Position numbers and translations under genes: made by a program
Source of the DNA: the human T2T-CHM13v2.0 reference genome, Homo sapiens
NCBI RefSeq assembly: GCF_009914755.1
Contig: NC_060947.1
Strand: one strand, 5' to 3'
DNA: 64,000 nucleotides
Notes under the pieces: generated by a model
Told to the model about the DNA's origin: nothing
What the model saw: only the letters and a program-made list of their open reading frames with translations
The model's database searches: none
Shown: positions 27,852 through 46,370 of the stretch, one piece after another
Position numbering within the stretch: the first letter of the stretch is position 1
How the letters are laid out: every line of letters begins with the position of its first letter

Positions 27852-30574
27852 GGTGGTAGGCAGAATAATGGTTCCCCAAAGCTATCCATGTCTTAATCCC
27901 CAGAACTTGTGAATATGTTATACTACATGCCAAAGGGAAATTAGGTTGCAGATGGAATTAATGTTGTTAATCTGCTGATCATAAAATAGGAAATTATGCT
28001 AGATTATCCAGGTAGGCCCAATGTAATCATAAGAATCCTTAGAAGTGGGAGAAGGAGGGCAGAGAGGAAGTAGAATGATGGCCACATGAGAAGAACTGGA
28101 CCTGTCACTGCTGACATTGAAAATAGAGGAAGAGGGTCATGAACCAAGAAACATGGATGGCCTCTGGAAGGTGTAAAAGGCGATGAAATGGATTATTCCA
28201 TAAAGCCTACAGAAAGGAACACAGCTCTGCTAACATCTTGATTTTAGCCTAGTGAGATCCTTATTAAACTTCTAATGTACCACACTGTAAGATAATAAAT
28301 TTGTGCTGTTTCAAGCCACTAAGTTTGTTGTTAGTTGTTACATCAGCAGTAGAAAACTAATATAGATTTTGATACTTAGAAGTGGGATGCTGTCATAACA
28401 AATACCTTAAAATGTGGAAGTGGCTTTGGAATTGAACAGTGGGCAGAGGCTGAAAGAATTTGAAAAGCTTGATTTTAAAAACTTAGATTGCCTTGACCAT
28501 ACTGTTAATAGAAATATGACATCAAAGATTCTGCTGATGAAGGTTCAGAAAAAAGTGAGGATTGTGGTAAAGAAAACATATATCATCTTAGTGACTACAT
28601 AAATCATTGTAAATACACTTTTATTAGAAATATAGATGTTTCATGGACACATAGAGGGGACTAATACACACTGGGGGCTATTGGAGGGTGGAGGGTGGGA
28701 GGAGGGAGAGGGTCAGGAAAAATAACTAATGGGTACTAGGCTTACTACCTGGGTAATGAAACACGCCCCATGACACAAGTTTACCTATATAACAAACCTA
28801 TACGTGTACCTGTGAACTTCAAATAAAAGTTTAAAAAATGAAAAAGAAAATAAATATGGATGTTTAAGGTGACACTAGTGAGGACTCAAAATGAAATGAG
28901 GAAAATGTTCCTGGAAACTGGGAGAAACAGGGTCCTGTTATACAGTGGAAGAAAACTCAGCAGAATTCTGCGAATTTGGACATTGCGCTGAGGTTTCCAA
29001 ACCCAGTGTCGAAGGTACAGCCTGTCTTCTTGCTGGTTATAACAAAATATGAGAGGAAAAAGATAAACTGAGGGGGAAATTGTTACAATAGAACCAGGAC
29101 TTGGTGATTTGGGAAATTCCCAGCCTATCCAGATTGCAAAAGATAATACAATTAAGAGATTTACGTATAGGAAAGTGTGTTCTAGAACAAAAGCTGAGGC
29201 TGTGGCTGGACAAATTTTTGCTCACACTGCAAAAAGATCAACAGATCAGTGTGTTCCACCACACTGAAGGCTCTTTGAGGAAATTAGAGTGTGACTTATA
29301 GATACCCTCAGCCATTTCTGCAAAAGCCAAAAATAGAGATAAGATAAATTAGAAAAGATCTGTGAAGGAGCCTCTTGCTTAGTGGAGTAAATCCCCATGA
29401 CAAACATAGGAGATGCACAAGGTTTTTGAGAATTTTATACAAGGATAAACGCTGCCAGCTTGTACTGAAAAGGACAGAGTATGAAATTAAAAAAAGGGCT
29501 GTCAGAGCCCCAAAATTCTACATGCAAGAAACAGGCTAATGAAAGTAACCACCTGCAAACGTGCTGCACTTCATGAAAAAGAAAAGATGACTCAGAGCGT
29601 GGATGCATGAACCCAGAACTGCTTGTCCACTGGGTGAAGCCACTGGCTACAGAGGGTTATTTGCAGGTCTTTAAAGCAAATCACGTGTGCCTTTATTGAT
29701 TTTGAAAATGCTTGAGACCAGTGACTCCTTTTTTAACTAAACTTTTTCCCTTTTTGAACAGGAATGTATATGACAGTTATTCCATACCATCATAATATTT
29801 TGGGAGCCAGCGTTTCACAGGTCCATAGATTGAAGAGGAATTGTGTCCTAGGATGGATTATACCCAGAACCTCATCTATACTTGATGTAGATTGTTAAGG
29901 TGATGAGATTTGGGACTTTTGAGCTGATAAGATTTAGATGTTCTTTAACTCTGAGTTAATAGTGCAATGGGATGAGACATTTGAAGACTTTGGGATGGGG
30001 TGAATGTATTTTACATATAAGATAAACATTTACCTTTCAGGGGGTCAGATGGCATGCTGTGGTAGGCAGAATAATGGTTCCCCCCAAAAATCCATATTTT
30101 TATTTCCAAAACCTGTGAATTTTTTACATCACATGTCAAAGGGAAATTGAGGTTGCAGATGTAATTAAGATTGCTACTCAGATGACCATAAAATCAAGGG
30201 ATTTTGCTGGACTATCTAGGAAGGCCCAATGTAATCACAAGCATCCTTAAAAGTGGAAGAGGGAGACAAAAGAGAAAGGAGTCAGAATGATGCCATGTGA
30301 GATGGATTGGACCTACCTTTGCTGGCTTTGAAAGATGGAGGGTGAAGGACATGGACCAGGAAATGCAGGAAGCCTCTGGAAGGCATAAAAGGCAAGGAAA
30401 TAGATTCTCCCATAGAGCCTTGAGAAAGGAATCCAGTTTTGCTAACATCATAATTTTAGTCCATTGAAACCTATGTTGGGCTTCTAATATACAGAACTGT
30501 AAAACAACAAATTTGTGCTGTTTCAAGCTACACGTTTGTAATAGTTGTTACAGCAGCAATATAAAATTTATATG
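27852..30574 (+). mobile_element. Full-length MLT1D-like MaLR provirus (LTR 27852-28364, internal region, LTR 30058-30574)
   Basis: Two ~515-bp LTRs starting gtggtaggcagaataatggttcccc; internal begins gattttgatac...aatgtggaagtggctttggaa. Confidence 0.88.
28642..28851 (+). mobile_element. Older L1PA (L1PA15/16-like) 3' fragment in the MLT1 internal region
   Basis: ggagggtggagggtgggaggagggagagg...aataactaatgggtactaggctt; TSD aaatat(a/g)gatgttt at 28628-28641 / 28852-28865. Confidence 0.85.
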
Positions 30575-31120
30575 CCATAAAAATAGGATAAAAGACTAGT
30601 AAACCACATGATTATCCTAATAGATGCAGAAAAATCCAATGCTCATTCATGATTAAAACTTAAAAATCCTAGGAATATAAAGGAAAGGTGGTTTCTCAAC
30701 CTGATAAGAGGCATTTATGAAATACATACAACTAGTAACAGTGTTAATTGTGAAATAGTGAATTCTTTCCTCCCTAAAGTCAAGAAGAAGGAAAGAACGT
30801 CTATTCTCACCATTTCTATTCCACATTGTACTTCAGGTTCTAGCCAGCACTATAAGGCAAAAAGAAAATATAAATAATAAATGAAAGGAATTAAAGGAAT
30901 CTAGATAGGAAAGAAAGAAATACAATTGTCTTTGTGCATAGATGACATAATTATTCATTAGAAAATCCTTAGGAATTAACAATAAAAGTACTAGAGCTAA
31001 TAAATTTATCAAGTTTATAGGATATAAGAACATTATACAAAAATAAATTTGGTTTCTATATACTAACAGTGAAAAATCTGAAAATGAAATTAAAAAAACA
31101 ATTTCATTAAAAATAGCATT

Positions 31121-31722
<602 letters not shown>

Positions 31723-32600
31723 TAGGAATAAATTTGACAAATGAAGTACATTATTTCTAAAGTTAAAACTACAGGATAGTACAAAATAAATTGAAATCAG
31801 ATCTCAATAAATGGATAGACATTCTATGTTCATGGCTTGGAAGACTCAGCATTGCCAGATGGCAATTCTCCACAAATGGATCTATGGATCCATGGGATCA
31901 ATGAAATCCCAGCAGACCTTTCCTAAAAATTGACAAGCTGATCCTTACATTTTTATGGAAATACAAAGGATCTAGAATAGGCAAAATAATTTTTAAAAAG
32001 AAGAACAAATTTGCAGGACTTACATTACCTGATTTCAAAATTTACTATAAAGATACAGTAATCAAGACAGTATAGTACAGTATTCATCTATGGGTAGACA
32101 TAGATTAAGGGAACAGAATGGATAATTCCAAAATAAACTCTTACAAATGTGGTCAATTGATTTTTTTGACAAGGTACCAAAAGAATTCACTGGGGAAAGG
32201 ATAATCTTTTCAATAAATAGTGCTGAAATAACTGACTATCCATATAGAAAACAAATTAACTTTGAACCTTACCTCACACTGTATGTAAAATGTAATAAAC
32301 ACTAATACCATAAAACTTATGTCATGCAAAAATTAATAAAAACTAATATCATGAGGAGAATCTTCCTGAATTTTCTTTTTTCTTTTTTTTTTTTTATTAT
32401 ACTTTAAGTTTTAGGGTACATGTGTACATTGTGCAGGTTAGTTACATATGTATACATGTGCCATGCTGGTGCGCTGCACCCACTAACTCGTCATCTAGCA
32501 TTAGGTATATCTCCCGATGCTATCCCTCCCCCCTCCCCCCACCCCACCACAGTCCCCAGAGTGTGATATTCCCCTTCCTGTGTCCATGTGATCTCATTGT

Positions 32601-36426
<3,826 letters not shown>

Positions 36427-36474
36427 TATGATGTTACTGGTTATTTTGCTTGTTAGTTGATGCAGTTTCTTCCT

Positions 36475-37491
36475 TTACATTTTGGCATGATTTTGCAGCT
36501 GCTGTTACCGGTTGTTCCTTTCCATGTTTAGTGCTTCCTTCAGGAGCTCTTTTAGGGCGGGCCTGGTGGTGACAAAATCTCTCAGCATTTGCTTTTCTGT
36601 AAAGTATTTTATTTCTCCTTCACTTATGAAGCTTAGTTTGGCTGGATATGAAGTTCTGGGTTGAAAATTCTTTTCTTTAAGTATGTTGAATATTGGCCCC
36701 CACTCTCTTCTGGCTTGTAGGGTTTCTGTCAAGAGATCCGCTGTTAGTCTGATGGGCTTCCCTTTGAGCGTAACCCGACCTTTCTCTCTGGCTGCCCTTA
36801 ACATTTTTTCCTCCATTTCAACTTTGGTGAATCTGACAATTATGTGTCTTGGAGTTGCTCTTCTCGAGGAGTATCTTTGTCGTGTTCTCTGTATTTCCTG
36901 AATCTGAACGTTGGCCTGCCTTGCTAGATTGGGGAAGTTCTCCTGGATAATATCCTGCAGAGTGTTTTCCAACTTGGTTCCATTCTCCCCATCACTTTCA
37001 GGTACACCAATCAGACGTAGATTTGGTCTTGTCACATAGTCCCATATTTCTTGGAGGCTTTGCTCATTTCTTTTTATTCTTTTTTCTCTAAACTTCCCTT
37101 CTCGCTTCATTTCATTCATTTCATCTTCCATCGCTGATACCCTTTCTTCCAGTTGATCGCATCAGCTCCTGAGGCTTCTGCATTCTTCACGTAGTTCTCG
37201 AGCCTTGGTTTTCAGCTCCATCAGCTCCTTTAAGCACTTCTCTCTATTGGTTATTCTAGTTATACATTCTTCTAAATTTTTTTCAAAGTTTTCAACTTCT
37301 TTGCCTTTGGTTTGAATGTCCTCCCGTAGCTCAGAGTAATTTGATAGTCTGAAGTCTTCTTCTCTCAGCTCGTCAAAGTCATTCTCCATCCAGCTTTGTT
37401 CCGTTGCTGGTGAGGAACTGCGTTCCTTTGGAGGAGGAGAGGCGCTCTGCTTTTTAGAGTTTCCAGTTTTTCTGTTCTGTTTTTTCCCCAT
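36475..37491 (-). pseudogene. L1 ORF1p with two nonsense codons
   Basis: MGKKQNRKTGNSK...SLRS stop at 37162-37164; ...MERNNR stop at 36505-36507. Confidence 0.95.
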
Positions 37492-38395
37492 CTTTGTGGT
37501 TTTATCTACTTTTGGTCTTTGATGATGGTGATGTACAGATGGGTTTTTGGTGTGGATGTCCTTTCTGTTTGTTAGTTTTCCTTCTAAACGACAGGACCCT
37601 CAGCTGCAGGTCTGTTGGAATACCCTGCCGCGTGAGGTGTCAGTGTGCCCCTGCTGGGGGGTGCCTCCCAGTTAGGCTGCTCAGGGGTCTGGGGTCAGGG
37701 ACCCACTTGAGGAGGCAGTCTGCCCGTTCTGAGATCTCCAGCTGCGTGCTGGGAGAACCACTGCTCTCTTCAAAGCTGTCAGACAGGGGCATTTAAGTCT
37801 GCAGAGGTTACTGCTGTCTTTTTGTTTGCCTGTGCCCTGCCCCCAGAGGTGGAGCCTACAGAGGCAGGCAGGCCTCCTTGAGCTGTGGTGGGCTCCACCC
37901 AGTTGGAGCTTCCCGGCTGCTTTGTTTACCTAATCAAGCCTGGGCAATGGCGGGCGCCCCTCCCCCAGCCTCGCTGCCGCCTTGCAGTTTGATCTCAGAC
38001 TGCTGTGCTAGTAATCAACGAGATTCCGTGGGTGTAGGACCCTCCGAGCCAGGTGCGGGTTATAATCTCGTGGTGCGCCGTTTTTTAAGCCCGTGGGAAA
38101 AGCGCAGTATTCGGGTGGGAGTGACCCGATTTTCCAGGTGCTGCCCGTCACCCCTTTCTTTGACTCAGAAAGGGAACTCCCTGACCCCTTGCACTTCCCA
38201 AGTGAGGCAATGCCTTGCCCTGCTTCGGCTCGTGCACGGTGCGCGCACCCACTGACCTGCGCCCACTGTCTGGCACTCCCTAGTGAGATGAACCCGGTAC
38301 CTCAGATGGAAATGCAGAAATCACCCGTCTTCTGCGTCGCTCACGCTGGGAGCTGTAGACCGGAGGTGTTCCTATTTGGCCAACTTGGCTCCTCC
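37492..38395. promoter_or_regulatory. CpG-rich L1-B 5'UTR with sense (leftward) and antisense (rightward) promoters
   Basis: Many retained CpGs at 37950-38365; bidirectional promoter activity is established for L1PA 5'UTRs. Confidence 0.65.
37947..38255 (+). CDS. L1 ORF0 (antisense ORF) of L1-B, open for 102 codons; expression unproven
   Basis: MAGAPPPASLPPCSLISDCCASNQRDSVGVGPSEPG...HGARTH, strong Kozak context gcaATGg. Confidence 0.6.
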   Translation: MAGAPPPASLPPCSLISDCCASNQRDSVGVGPSEPGAGYNLVVRRFLSPWEKRSIRVGVTRFSRCCPSPLSLTQKGNSLTPCTSQVRQCLALLRLVHGARTH

Positions 38396-38439
38396 TTTCT
38401 GCCCTGAATTTTCTACAGTCAAAAATTCATAGGTAAGTC

Positions 38440-40778
38440 TGATATGGTTTGGCTCTGTGTTCCCACCCAAATCTCATCTTGAATTGTACTCCCATAATTC
38501 CCACGTGTTGTGGGAGTGACTTGGTGGGAGATAATTGAATCATGGGGGTGGTTCCCTTGTACTGTTCTTGTGGTAGTGAATAAGTCTTACGAGATCTGAG
38601 GGTTTTATCAGGGGTTTCTGCTTTTGCATGTTCCTCATCCTCTCTTTGCCTGCTGCCATCCACATAAGACGTGACTTTCTCCTCCTTGCCTTCCACCGTG
38701 ATTGTGAGGCTTCCCCAGCCATGTGAAACTGTAAGTCCAACTACTGCTTTCTTTTGTAAATTGCCCACTCTTGGGTATGTCTTTACCAGCAGCATGAAAA
38801 TGGACTAATACAGTAAATTGGTGCTAGTACAGTAGGGCATTGCTGAAAAGATACCCGAAAATGTGGAAGCAGCTTTGGAACTGGGTAACAGGCAGAGGTT
38901 GGAACAGTTTGGAGAGCTCAGAAGAAGACAGGAAAATGTGGGAAAGTTTGGAACTTCCTAGAGATTTGTTGAATGGCTTTGCCCAAAATGATGATAGCGA
39001 TATGGACAATAAAGTCCAGGCTGAGGTGGTCTTAGATGGAAATGAGGGACTTGTTGGGAACTGGAACAAAGGTGATGCTTGTTTTGTTTTAGCAAAAATT
39101 TGGTGGCATTTTTGCCCCTGCCCTAGAGATTTGTGGAAGCTTGAACATGAGGGAGATTACTTAGGGCATCTAGGAGAAGAAATTTCTAAGCAGCAAAGCA
39201 TTCAATAAATGACTTGGGTGGTGTTAAAAGCATTCAGTTTTAAAAGGGAGCACAAAAGTTTGAAAAACAGAGCACAAAATTTGAAAAATTTGCAGCCTGA
39301 CAATGTGATAGAAAAGAAAATCCCGTTTTCTGAGGAGAAATTCAAGCCAGCTGCAAAAATTTGCATAAGTAATGAGGAGCCAAATGTTAATTCCCCAAGA
39401 CAATGGGGAAAATGTCTTTAAGGCATGTCAAAGGTCTTCATGGCAGCCCCTCCCATCACAGGCCCAGAGACCTAGGAGGAAAAAGTGGTTTGCTGGGCGA
39501 GGCCCAGAGTCCCTCAGCTGTGTGTGGCCTAGGGACTTGATGCCCTGCATCCAGCTGCTCCAGCCATGGCTGAAAGGGGCCAATGTAGACCTCAGGCCCT
39601 GGCTTCAGATGGTGCAAGCCCCAAGCCTTGGCAGCTTCCACATTGTGTTGAGCCTGCTGATGCGCGGAAGTCAAGAATTGAAGTTTGGGAACCTCCACCT
39701 AGATTTCAGAAGATGTATGGAAGTGCCTGGATGCCCAGGCAGAAGTTTGCTGTAGGGGCAGGGCTCTCATGGAGAACCTCTGCTAAGGCAGTGCAGAAGG
39801 GATATGTGGGGTCAGAGCCCCCACACAGAGTCCCTCCTGGGGCATCACCTAGTGGAGCTGTGAGAACAAGGCCACTGTCCTCCAGATCCCAGAATGTTAT
39901 ATCCACTGACAGCTTGCACCATGTGTCTGGAAAAGCTGCAGACACTCAACGCCAGCCCATGAAAGCAGCCAGGAGGGAGACTGTACCCTGCAAAGCCACA
40001 GGGGCAGAGCTGCCCAAGACCACAGGAACCCACCTCTTGCATCAGCGTGACCCAGACATGAGACATGGAGTCAAAGGAGATCATTTTGGAGCTTTAAGAT
40101 TTGACTGCCCCACTGGATTTGGGACTTGCATGGGCCCTGTAACCCTCCTTTTTTGGCCAATTTCTCCCATTTGGAACGGTTATATTTACCAAATGTCCAT
40201 ACCTCCATTGTATCTAGGAAATAACTAGCTTGCTTTGGTTTTATGGGCTCATAGGTGGAAGGGACTTGCCTTGTCTCAGATGAGACTTTGGACTGTAGAC
40301 TTTTGAATTAATGCTGAAATGAGTTGAGACTTTGGGGGACTGTTGGGAAGGCATGATTAGTTTTGGAATGTGAGGACATGACATTTGGCAGGGGCCAGGG
40401 GCAAAATGATATGGTTTGGCTCTGTGTTCCCATCTAAACCTCATCTTCAACTGTACTCCCATAATTCCCACGTGCTGTGGGAGGGACCTGGTGGGAGATA
40501 ATTGAATCATGGGGGCGGTTTCCCCCATACTGTTCTCATGGTAGTGAATAAGTTTCATGAGGTCTGAGGGCTTTATTAGGGGTTTCCACTTTTGTGTCTT
40601 CCTCATTCTCTCTTTGCCTGCTGCCATCCATGTATGACGTGACTTGCTCCTCCTTGCCCTCATGATTGTGAGGCCTCCACAGCCATGTGGAACTATAAGT
40701 CCAATTAAACCTCTTTCTTTTGTAAATTGCCCAGTCTCGGGTATGTCTTTATCAGCAGCATGAAAACAGACTAATACA
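38440..40778 (+). mobile_element. Full-length THE1A/B MaLR provirus (LTR 38440-38812, internal 38813-40406, LTR 40407-40778)
   Basis: tgatatggtttggctctgtg...ctaataca twice; 5-bp TSD aagtc / aggtc; broken internal ORF (122, 70 and 220 aa pieces). Confidence 0.95.
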
Positions 40779-42054
40779 AGGTCACAAAAGCATGAATTAT
40801 TAAAGGAAAACTATGAAAAATGTAAGACAACTGCAAAACTTTTTCAAAAAATACCATTCAAAAAGGAAAAGACAAGCATCAGACTGGGAGAAAATATTTG
40901 CAACAGATATCTCACAAAGGGCTTGTATCCAGAATATATAAAAAACTCTTACAATGGAATGACAAGAAGACAATTCAATAAAATACAGGTAAAATATTTG
41001 AACATGGAATTTAAAATAAATATAGAAATGACCATAACCACATTAAAAGATGTTGAACGTCATCTAATTATCAGGAAAATGCAAATGAAAACCACTACAA
41101 TATGGTATTTTAGATCCACTAGCATGTGTAAAACTAAACATTGGCCTTACTAAGTGCCATCAAAGATGTAGAGCAGCTGGAAGTCTCACACATTTCTCAT
41201 ACAATTCATACATTGGAATATTAAGTGAAACAACCACTTTCAAAAAATTCAGCAGCTTTTATAAGGTTAAACATATATGCAATCCAGAAATTCTAATTAT
41301 AGGTATTTACACAAGGTAAATAATTTCCACACAGAGATAGTACATGGAGGTATATAGTAGCTTTAGTGAAAATAGCTCCAAACTGGGGGAAAAAACCCCT
41401 GAATGTTCATTAACAGATGAATGGATAAAAAACTGTGGTATGTCCATACAAGAGAATACTACTCAGCAGGGTAAAGGAATCAACTGCTGATATAAGCAAT
41501 AGTATGGATGATTCTTAAAAATGTCATTCTGATTTTAAAAAGCTAACAAAAAAGAGAACATACTGTATGATTTCATTTACAACAAAATTCTACAACATTA
41601 TTTTAATCTCTAGTAACAGAAAATAAAATATTCATTGTCTGGGGCCAGCATTGGGGAGTACTGAACACAAAGAGGGAGGCACGAGGGAACTTTTTGAGGT
41701 GATGAAAATATTCTATATATTGATTGTGTTGGTGCCTATATATTTGTCAAAAGACATCAAACTGCACGCTTAGAATTGGTCTATTTTTCCACATGTATAT
41801 TTTACCTCAAAAAGGCTGATTTTTAAAAAATTGCTGGAATAAAAGAAGCCAAATGTTTGATTTGTTCAGCACTCTTTTTACCATTCTACTTTCATTTCTC
41901 TTATTTCCCTCTACTTGAAAGCAGTAGTCAAGAGATTTTGAATTTTAGTTAAAATTACATCAAGTCAGAGGCCTATGGAAAACATATGAAAAAGTAGAGA
42001 ACTATTTTCCAGCCAAATTCATTGTGGTTATGTACTAGCCCAGGAATCAAGAAA

Positions 42055-42575
42055 TGTGATGAGTCAGTTAAGATGTCTTAGGTTGCAAGCAACAGAAAGC
42101 CCAACAGAAACTGCCTTAGGCAACAAGGGGAAATTATTAGCTCCTTTATCAGGAAAAGTCCAGAGGTATATAGACATCAAACAATATTTGACCAAGTGTT
42201 TTGGGCAGCAAAGATCTAGTTTCTCTCTTAATATATCTTATCTTGTCTTTATTCATGGTGTTGGTGTCACTTCTAGCAGACTCTCCTATTATATTTCCAA
42301 GGTGGCTGTCAGCAGCCCCTGGGGATACAGCCTTTGTCATTCACACACAAAAGGGAAGAGTTCTTTTCCTCTAATATTTTAAACAAAAGTTTTGTGTCTT
42401 TATCCCTTATTGTTCTGAATTGGGTCATGTGTTCATCTCTGAATCAATTACTGAAGTTACAGGGATGGAATATACTGATTAATTTGAACCTATCCATGGC
42501 GACCCCAAATATATAGGTAGGTCCCATTTGGTAGAGGGTAGGGAGTAATAGATGCTAGGAAGGCAACAAATGAAT
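42055..42575 (-). mobile_element. Ancient MaLR/ERVL LTR (subfamily uncertain)
   Basis: ggttgcaagcaacagaaagcccaac...gtggctgtcagcagcccc...aattgggtcatgtgttcatctctgaatcaattactg. Confidence 0.6.
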
Positions 42576-42883
42576 ATCCACAGTCACTGAGTTCTAGTCC
42601 TGATAATGTTGCTTACCAACTAGGTGGCTTTTGATGGATTGCTCTCTAAGCCTGTTCTCTCACCTGTAAAATAGGGACAATGAGTTCTGAGTAGAAAACA
42701 TTGTCAGTGCTCTACCTAGATCTCCTCAGATACCAATTACTGCTTTATGCACCCACCTTCCCAGCTTCTGTTTGTTTTGCTTTTTTTAAAAAAAAAAACA
42801 AAACAACTTTTTTTTTAGAGCAGTTTTAGTCTCACAGCAAAATTGAGGGGAAGGTACAGAGATTTCCCACACATACTCTACCT

Positions 42884-43224
42884 CAGTGGTCCCCAACTCC
42901 TCAGGCTGTGGACTGGTACAGGTCTGTGGCCTGTTGGGAACCAGGCCACACAGCAGGAGGTGAGCAGCAGGGTGAGCGAGCATTACCACCTGATCTGCCT
43001 CCTCTCAGTTCAGCGGCAGCATTAGACTCTCATAGGAGTGCAAACCTTATTGTGAACTGCACATGTGAGGGATCTAGGTTGTATGCTCCTTATGAGAATC
43101 TAACGCCTGATGATCTGAGACGGAAGAGTTTCATCCTGAAACCATCCTCAACCTGCTCCCCATCCATGGAAAAATTGTCTTCCATGAAACCAGTCCCTGA
43201 TGCCAAAAAGGTTGGGAACTGCTG
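42884..43224. mobile_element. MER1B (hAT-Charlie)
   Basis: TIRs cagtggtccccaac / gttgggaactgctg; 8-bp TSD ctctacc(t/c). Confidence 0.9.
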
Positions 43225-43816
43225 CTCTACCCTCCACACACATAGCTTCCCTCATTATCAACATCCCCCATTATCAACATCTCAAATGCACATCTGAGTG
43301 GTACATTTATTGTAAGTAATAAACCTGCATTATAATTACCCCAAGTCCCTAGTGTACACCAGGGTTCACGGTTTTATGGGTTTGGACAAATGGATAATGA
43401 TACATATCCATTTTTATAGTATCATTCAAAATCCTCTGTGCTTCACCTATTCATCCCTCACCAACACCTGGCAACCAATGATGTTTTTACTGTCTCCATA
43501 GTTTTGCCTTTTCCAGAATGTCATAAAATTGGAAGCATACAGTATGTAGAAATTTCAGATTGGCTATTTCACTTAGTAATGTGCATTTAAAGTTCTTTCA
43601 TGTATTTTCATGGCTTGATAGCTCATTTCTTTTTAGCACTGCATAATATTCCATTATCTAAATCTAACACCATTTATTTATCCATTTATCTATTGAAGGA
43701 CATTTTCCTTGCTTCCAGGTTTTGACAATTATGCATAAAGCTGCTGCAAACATTCCTGTGTAGGGTTTTGTGTGGACATACATTTTTAACTTCTTTGGGT
43801 GGGTAAATACCAGAGT

Positions 43817-44125
43817 GGCTGGGCATGTGGTTCATACCTGTAATCCCAACACTTTGGGAGGCTGACACAAGAGGATTACTTGAGCCTAGGAGTTTGAGAT
43901 CAAAGTGGACAACATAGTGAGACTCCATCTCTGTGAAAATTAAAAATTAGCTGGTCATGGTAGTGCATGCCTGTGGTCCTAGCTACTTGGGAGGCTGAGG
44001 TGGGGGGATCACTTGAGCTCAGGAGTTTGAGGATGCAATGAGCCCTGACTGTGCCACTGCCCTCCATCCTGAGTGACAGAGTGAGTCCTTGTCTCAAAAA
44101 AATAAAAAATAAAACAAACAAAAAA
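43817..44125 (+). mobile_element. AluJ
   Basis: ggattacttgagcctaggagtttgag; A-rich tail. Confidence 0.92.
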
Positions 44126-44239
44126 ACCAAAGAGCATAATTGCTGGATCACATGGTGAGAATATATTTAGTTTTGTAAGAAACTGCCAAACTGTCTTCTT
44201 ATGTGTTTCGTTTTTAATGGCCAACACTTGCAAATATTT

Positions 44240-44590
44240 TAAAAGGACTGCCCTTGAGTGTTTGGAGCCAGTTTTCTCAAAAGCCCAGGAAACCAGAAGA
44301 ACCCTGGAGTTTACATCCTTGCAGGGCAGCCTTCAGCCAATTACTGAGAGGTGCAGGAGTATAAAAGTCCAGCTGTGATGTGTAATTTTACATGCCAGAA
44401 CTCCCCTGAAAGATAAGGTTAAGTCTAGGACTTAGTCTGAATTTACACCCTTTCTTTGCTTCTTCCTTTTTGTATTCTGCTTTCCCTACTCCCTTATTCA
44501 GTTCTTCCAGGAGCAATTGCTTAATAAACCATGTGCATGTGGCTCTTCGTCTCAGGGTCTGCTAGTAGGGAATTCACCCTAAAATACCCT
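44240..44590 (+). mobile_element. LTR16-like ERVL LTR
   Basis: ggcagccttcagccaattactgagaggtgcaggagtataaaag...ttaataaacc...gtctcagggtctgct. Confidence 0.6.
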
Positions 44591-44794
44591 GGTTGCTTAC
44601 CTCACAGGTAGTTATCAATATAACTGAAGAAAATGAAAGTGGCATGTTGCTAGGTCATGAGTCCTCCCATGATCATCCTTTCTGTTTCCCTCTTCGAGGA
44701 TGAATTCCACATAGGACTGACTTTCAAGGTCCATATGGAACCACCTGGCTAGAGGTGAATCTCTGCCCCTGTTCAGAGTTGGAGAAACTGCAAC

Positions 44795-45115
<321 letters not shown>

Positions 45116-45219
45116 TGCCACTCTTTTTAATCCACTATTTCTTTCCATTCATGAGCACCCCAGGAATGCCAATACTCATAACTACTACATATTGAACTCC
45201 TACCGTATCAGAAGTTTTG

Positions 45220-45900
45220 AATATGTTATTACACTTAGTCTTCACAACAGCTTCCTGATGTAGGAATTCATATTATCATCCCTATATTACAAATGAGGAA
45301 ATGGAGGTCCAGAAAAAATTAAGTATTGGCAAATGGCAGTGCTGGGATTCTAACTTGGGTCACATATGCATGACTCAAGAGCCCAGCTGTTGACCACTAA
45401 ATTATATTGACTCTCACTTTTTAGCATCTCTCAGGGAACTGAGGGATCCCGGTTTCCCCCCATCTTCTCCTGTGTGTGCACCAGAATTTCATCACTTGAA
45501 ATACGTCTCTATTAGATCCCAACATTTGCCCCTGAACTGAAGTCTCTTAATTTCTGTGTAGTTATCTTTGATCTTTGCTTTGGGACTTCTATATAGTACA
45601 GTTTATCTTTAAATGATTGTCTGGGACTTCCAGAGAAAGAAGAGAGAGAAGATGAGCTTTTGTAGAGTGTTCTCTATGTGCTAGGCATTTTACTAATCAG
45701 TTAATTAATCAGTTCATTTAATTTCCACACAAACCAATGATAGGGGTACTATTTTTATCAGATAATGAATAATGATTTTTTTGCAGGTGGAAAAACTGAA
45801 GCTTAGCGAGGTCTTACCCAACAGGTCACTCAATCAATAGCTAGCAAACCTGGAATTTGGGTCCTGTAGACTCCAAAGTTTGTATTTGTTCTTTTCCATC
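45220..45900 (-). mobile_element. Two MIR fragments (~45220-45410, ~45660-45900)
   Basis: tacaaatgaggaaatggagg; tgcaggtggaaaaactgaagcttag. Confidence 0.6.
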
Positions 45901-46370
45901 AAGCTGCCTGTTAGCTTTAATTATCCAAGTCTCAAATTTGACTTTCTGGCCACAGAGCTAAATATGTTGCTTCTGTTCTTGCTGACACACTATTATTGAA
46001 GAGAGTGTTTGCTCAATCGTGGCACATATTTGTTTTGTACCAGGTGCTCAGTCTGATTTTTGCAAGTTGTCTAATTTGCCCGGAGCTGTTTGAGAAGGTG
46101 GGAAAGGAGCTATGAAACCAGTCACTCTGCCTGGTGTCTCTGCTCCCTGCACAGCCAATCCCTCATTACATACCTGACCTTCTTAGGAAGGATTTTAGGA
46201 TGTAAGATAAATGACAAGGTAGGTGGGTGATCAGAGAAGGCATAACTCTTTTCCCAGGCTGAAGTTTTTATTCTCACAGCAACACCATGTGTCACTCAAC
46301 TTTCTGTGGGGTTTTTAGATAGGTAAGAGGCACTAAGATTTTCTTAGGTGCTTATTATGTGCCAGCCTTT

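Larger units (their letters stand above)
42785..44200 (-). mobile_element. L1MC-type 3' fragment with nested MER1B and AluJ
   Basis: ttttagagcagttttag...gcaaaattgaggggaaggtacagagatttccca; gttttgccttttccagaatgtcat. Confidence 0.8.

Noticed and set aside
38700-40690. PRDM9 hotspot 13-mer in THE1 LTRs
   Set aside because: The sites read cttccccagccat and cctccacagccat, not CCTCCCTAGCCAC; neither fits CCNCCNTNNCCNC.
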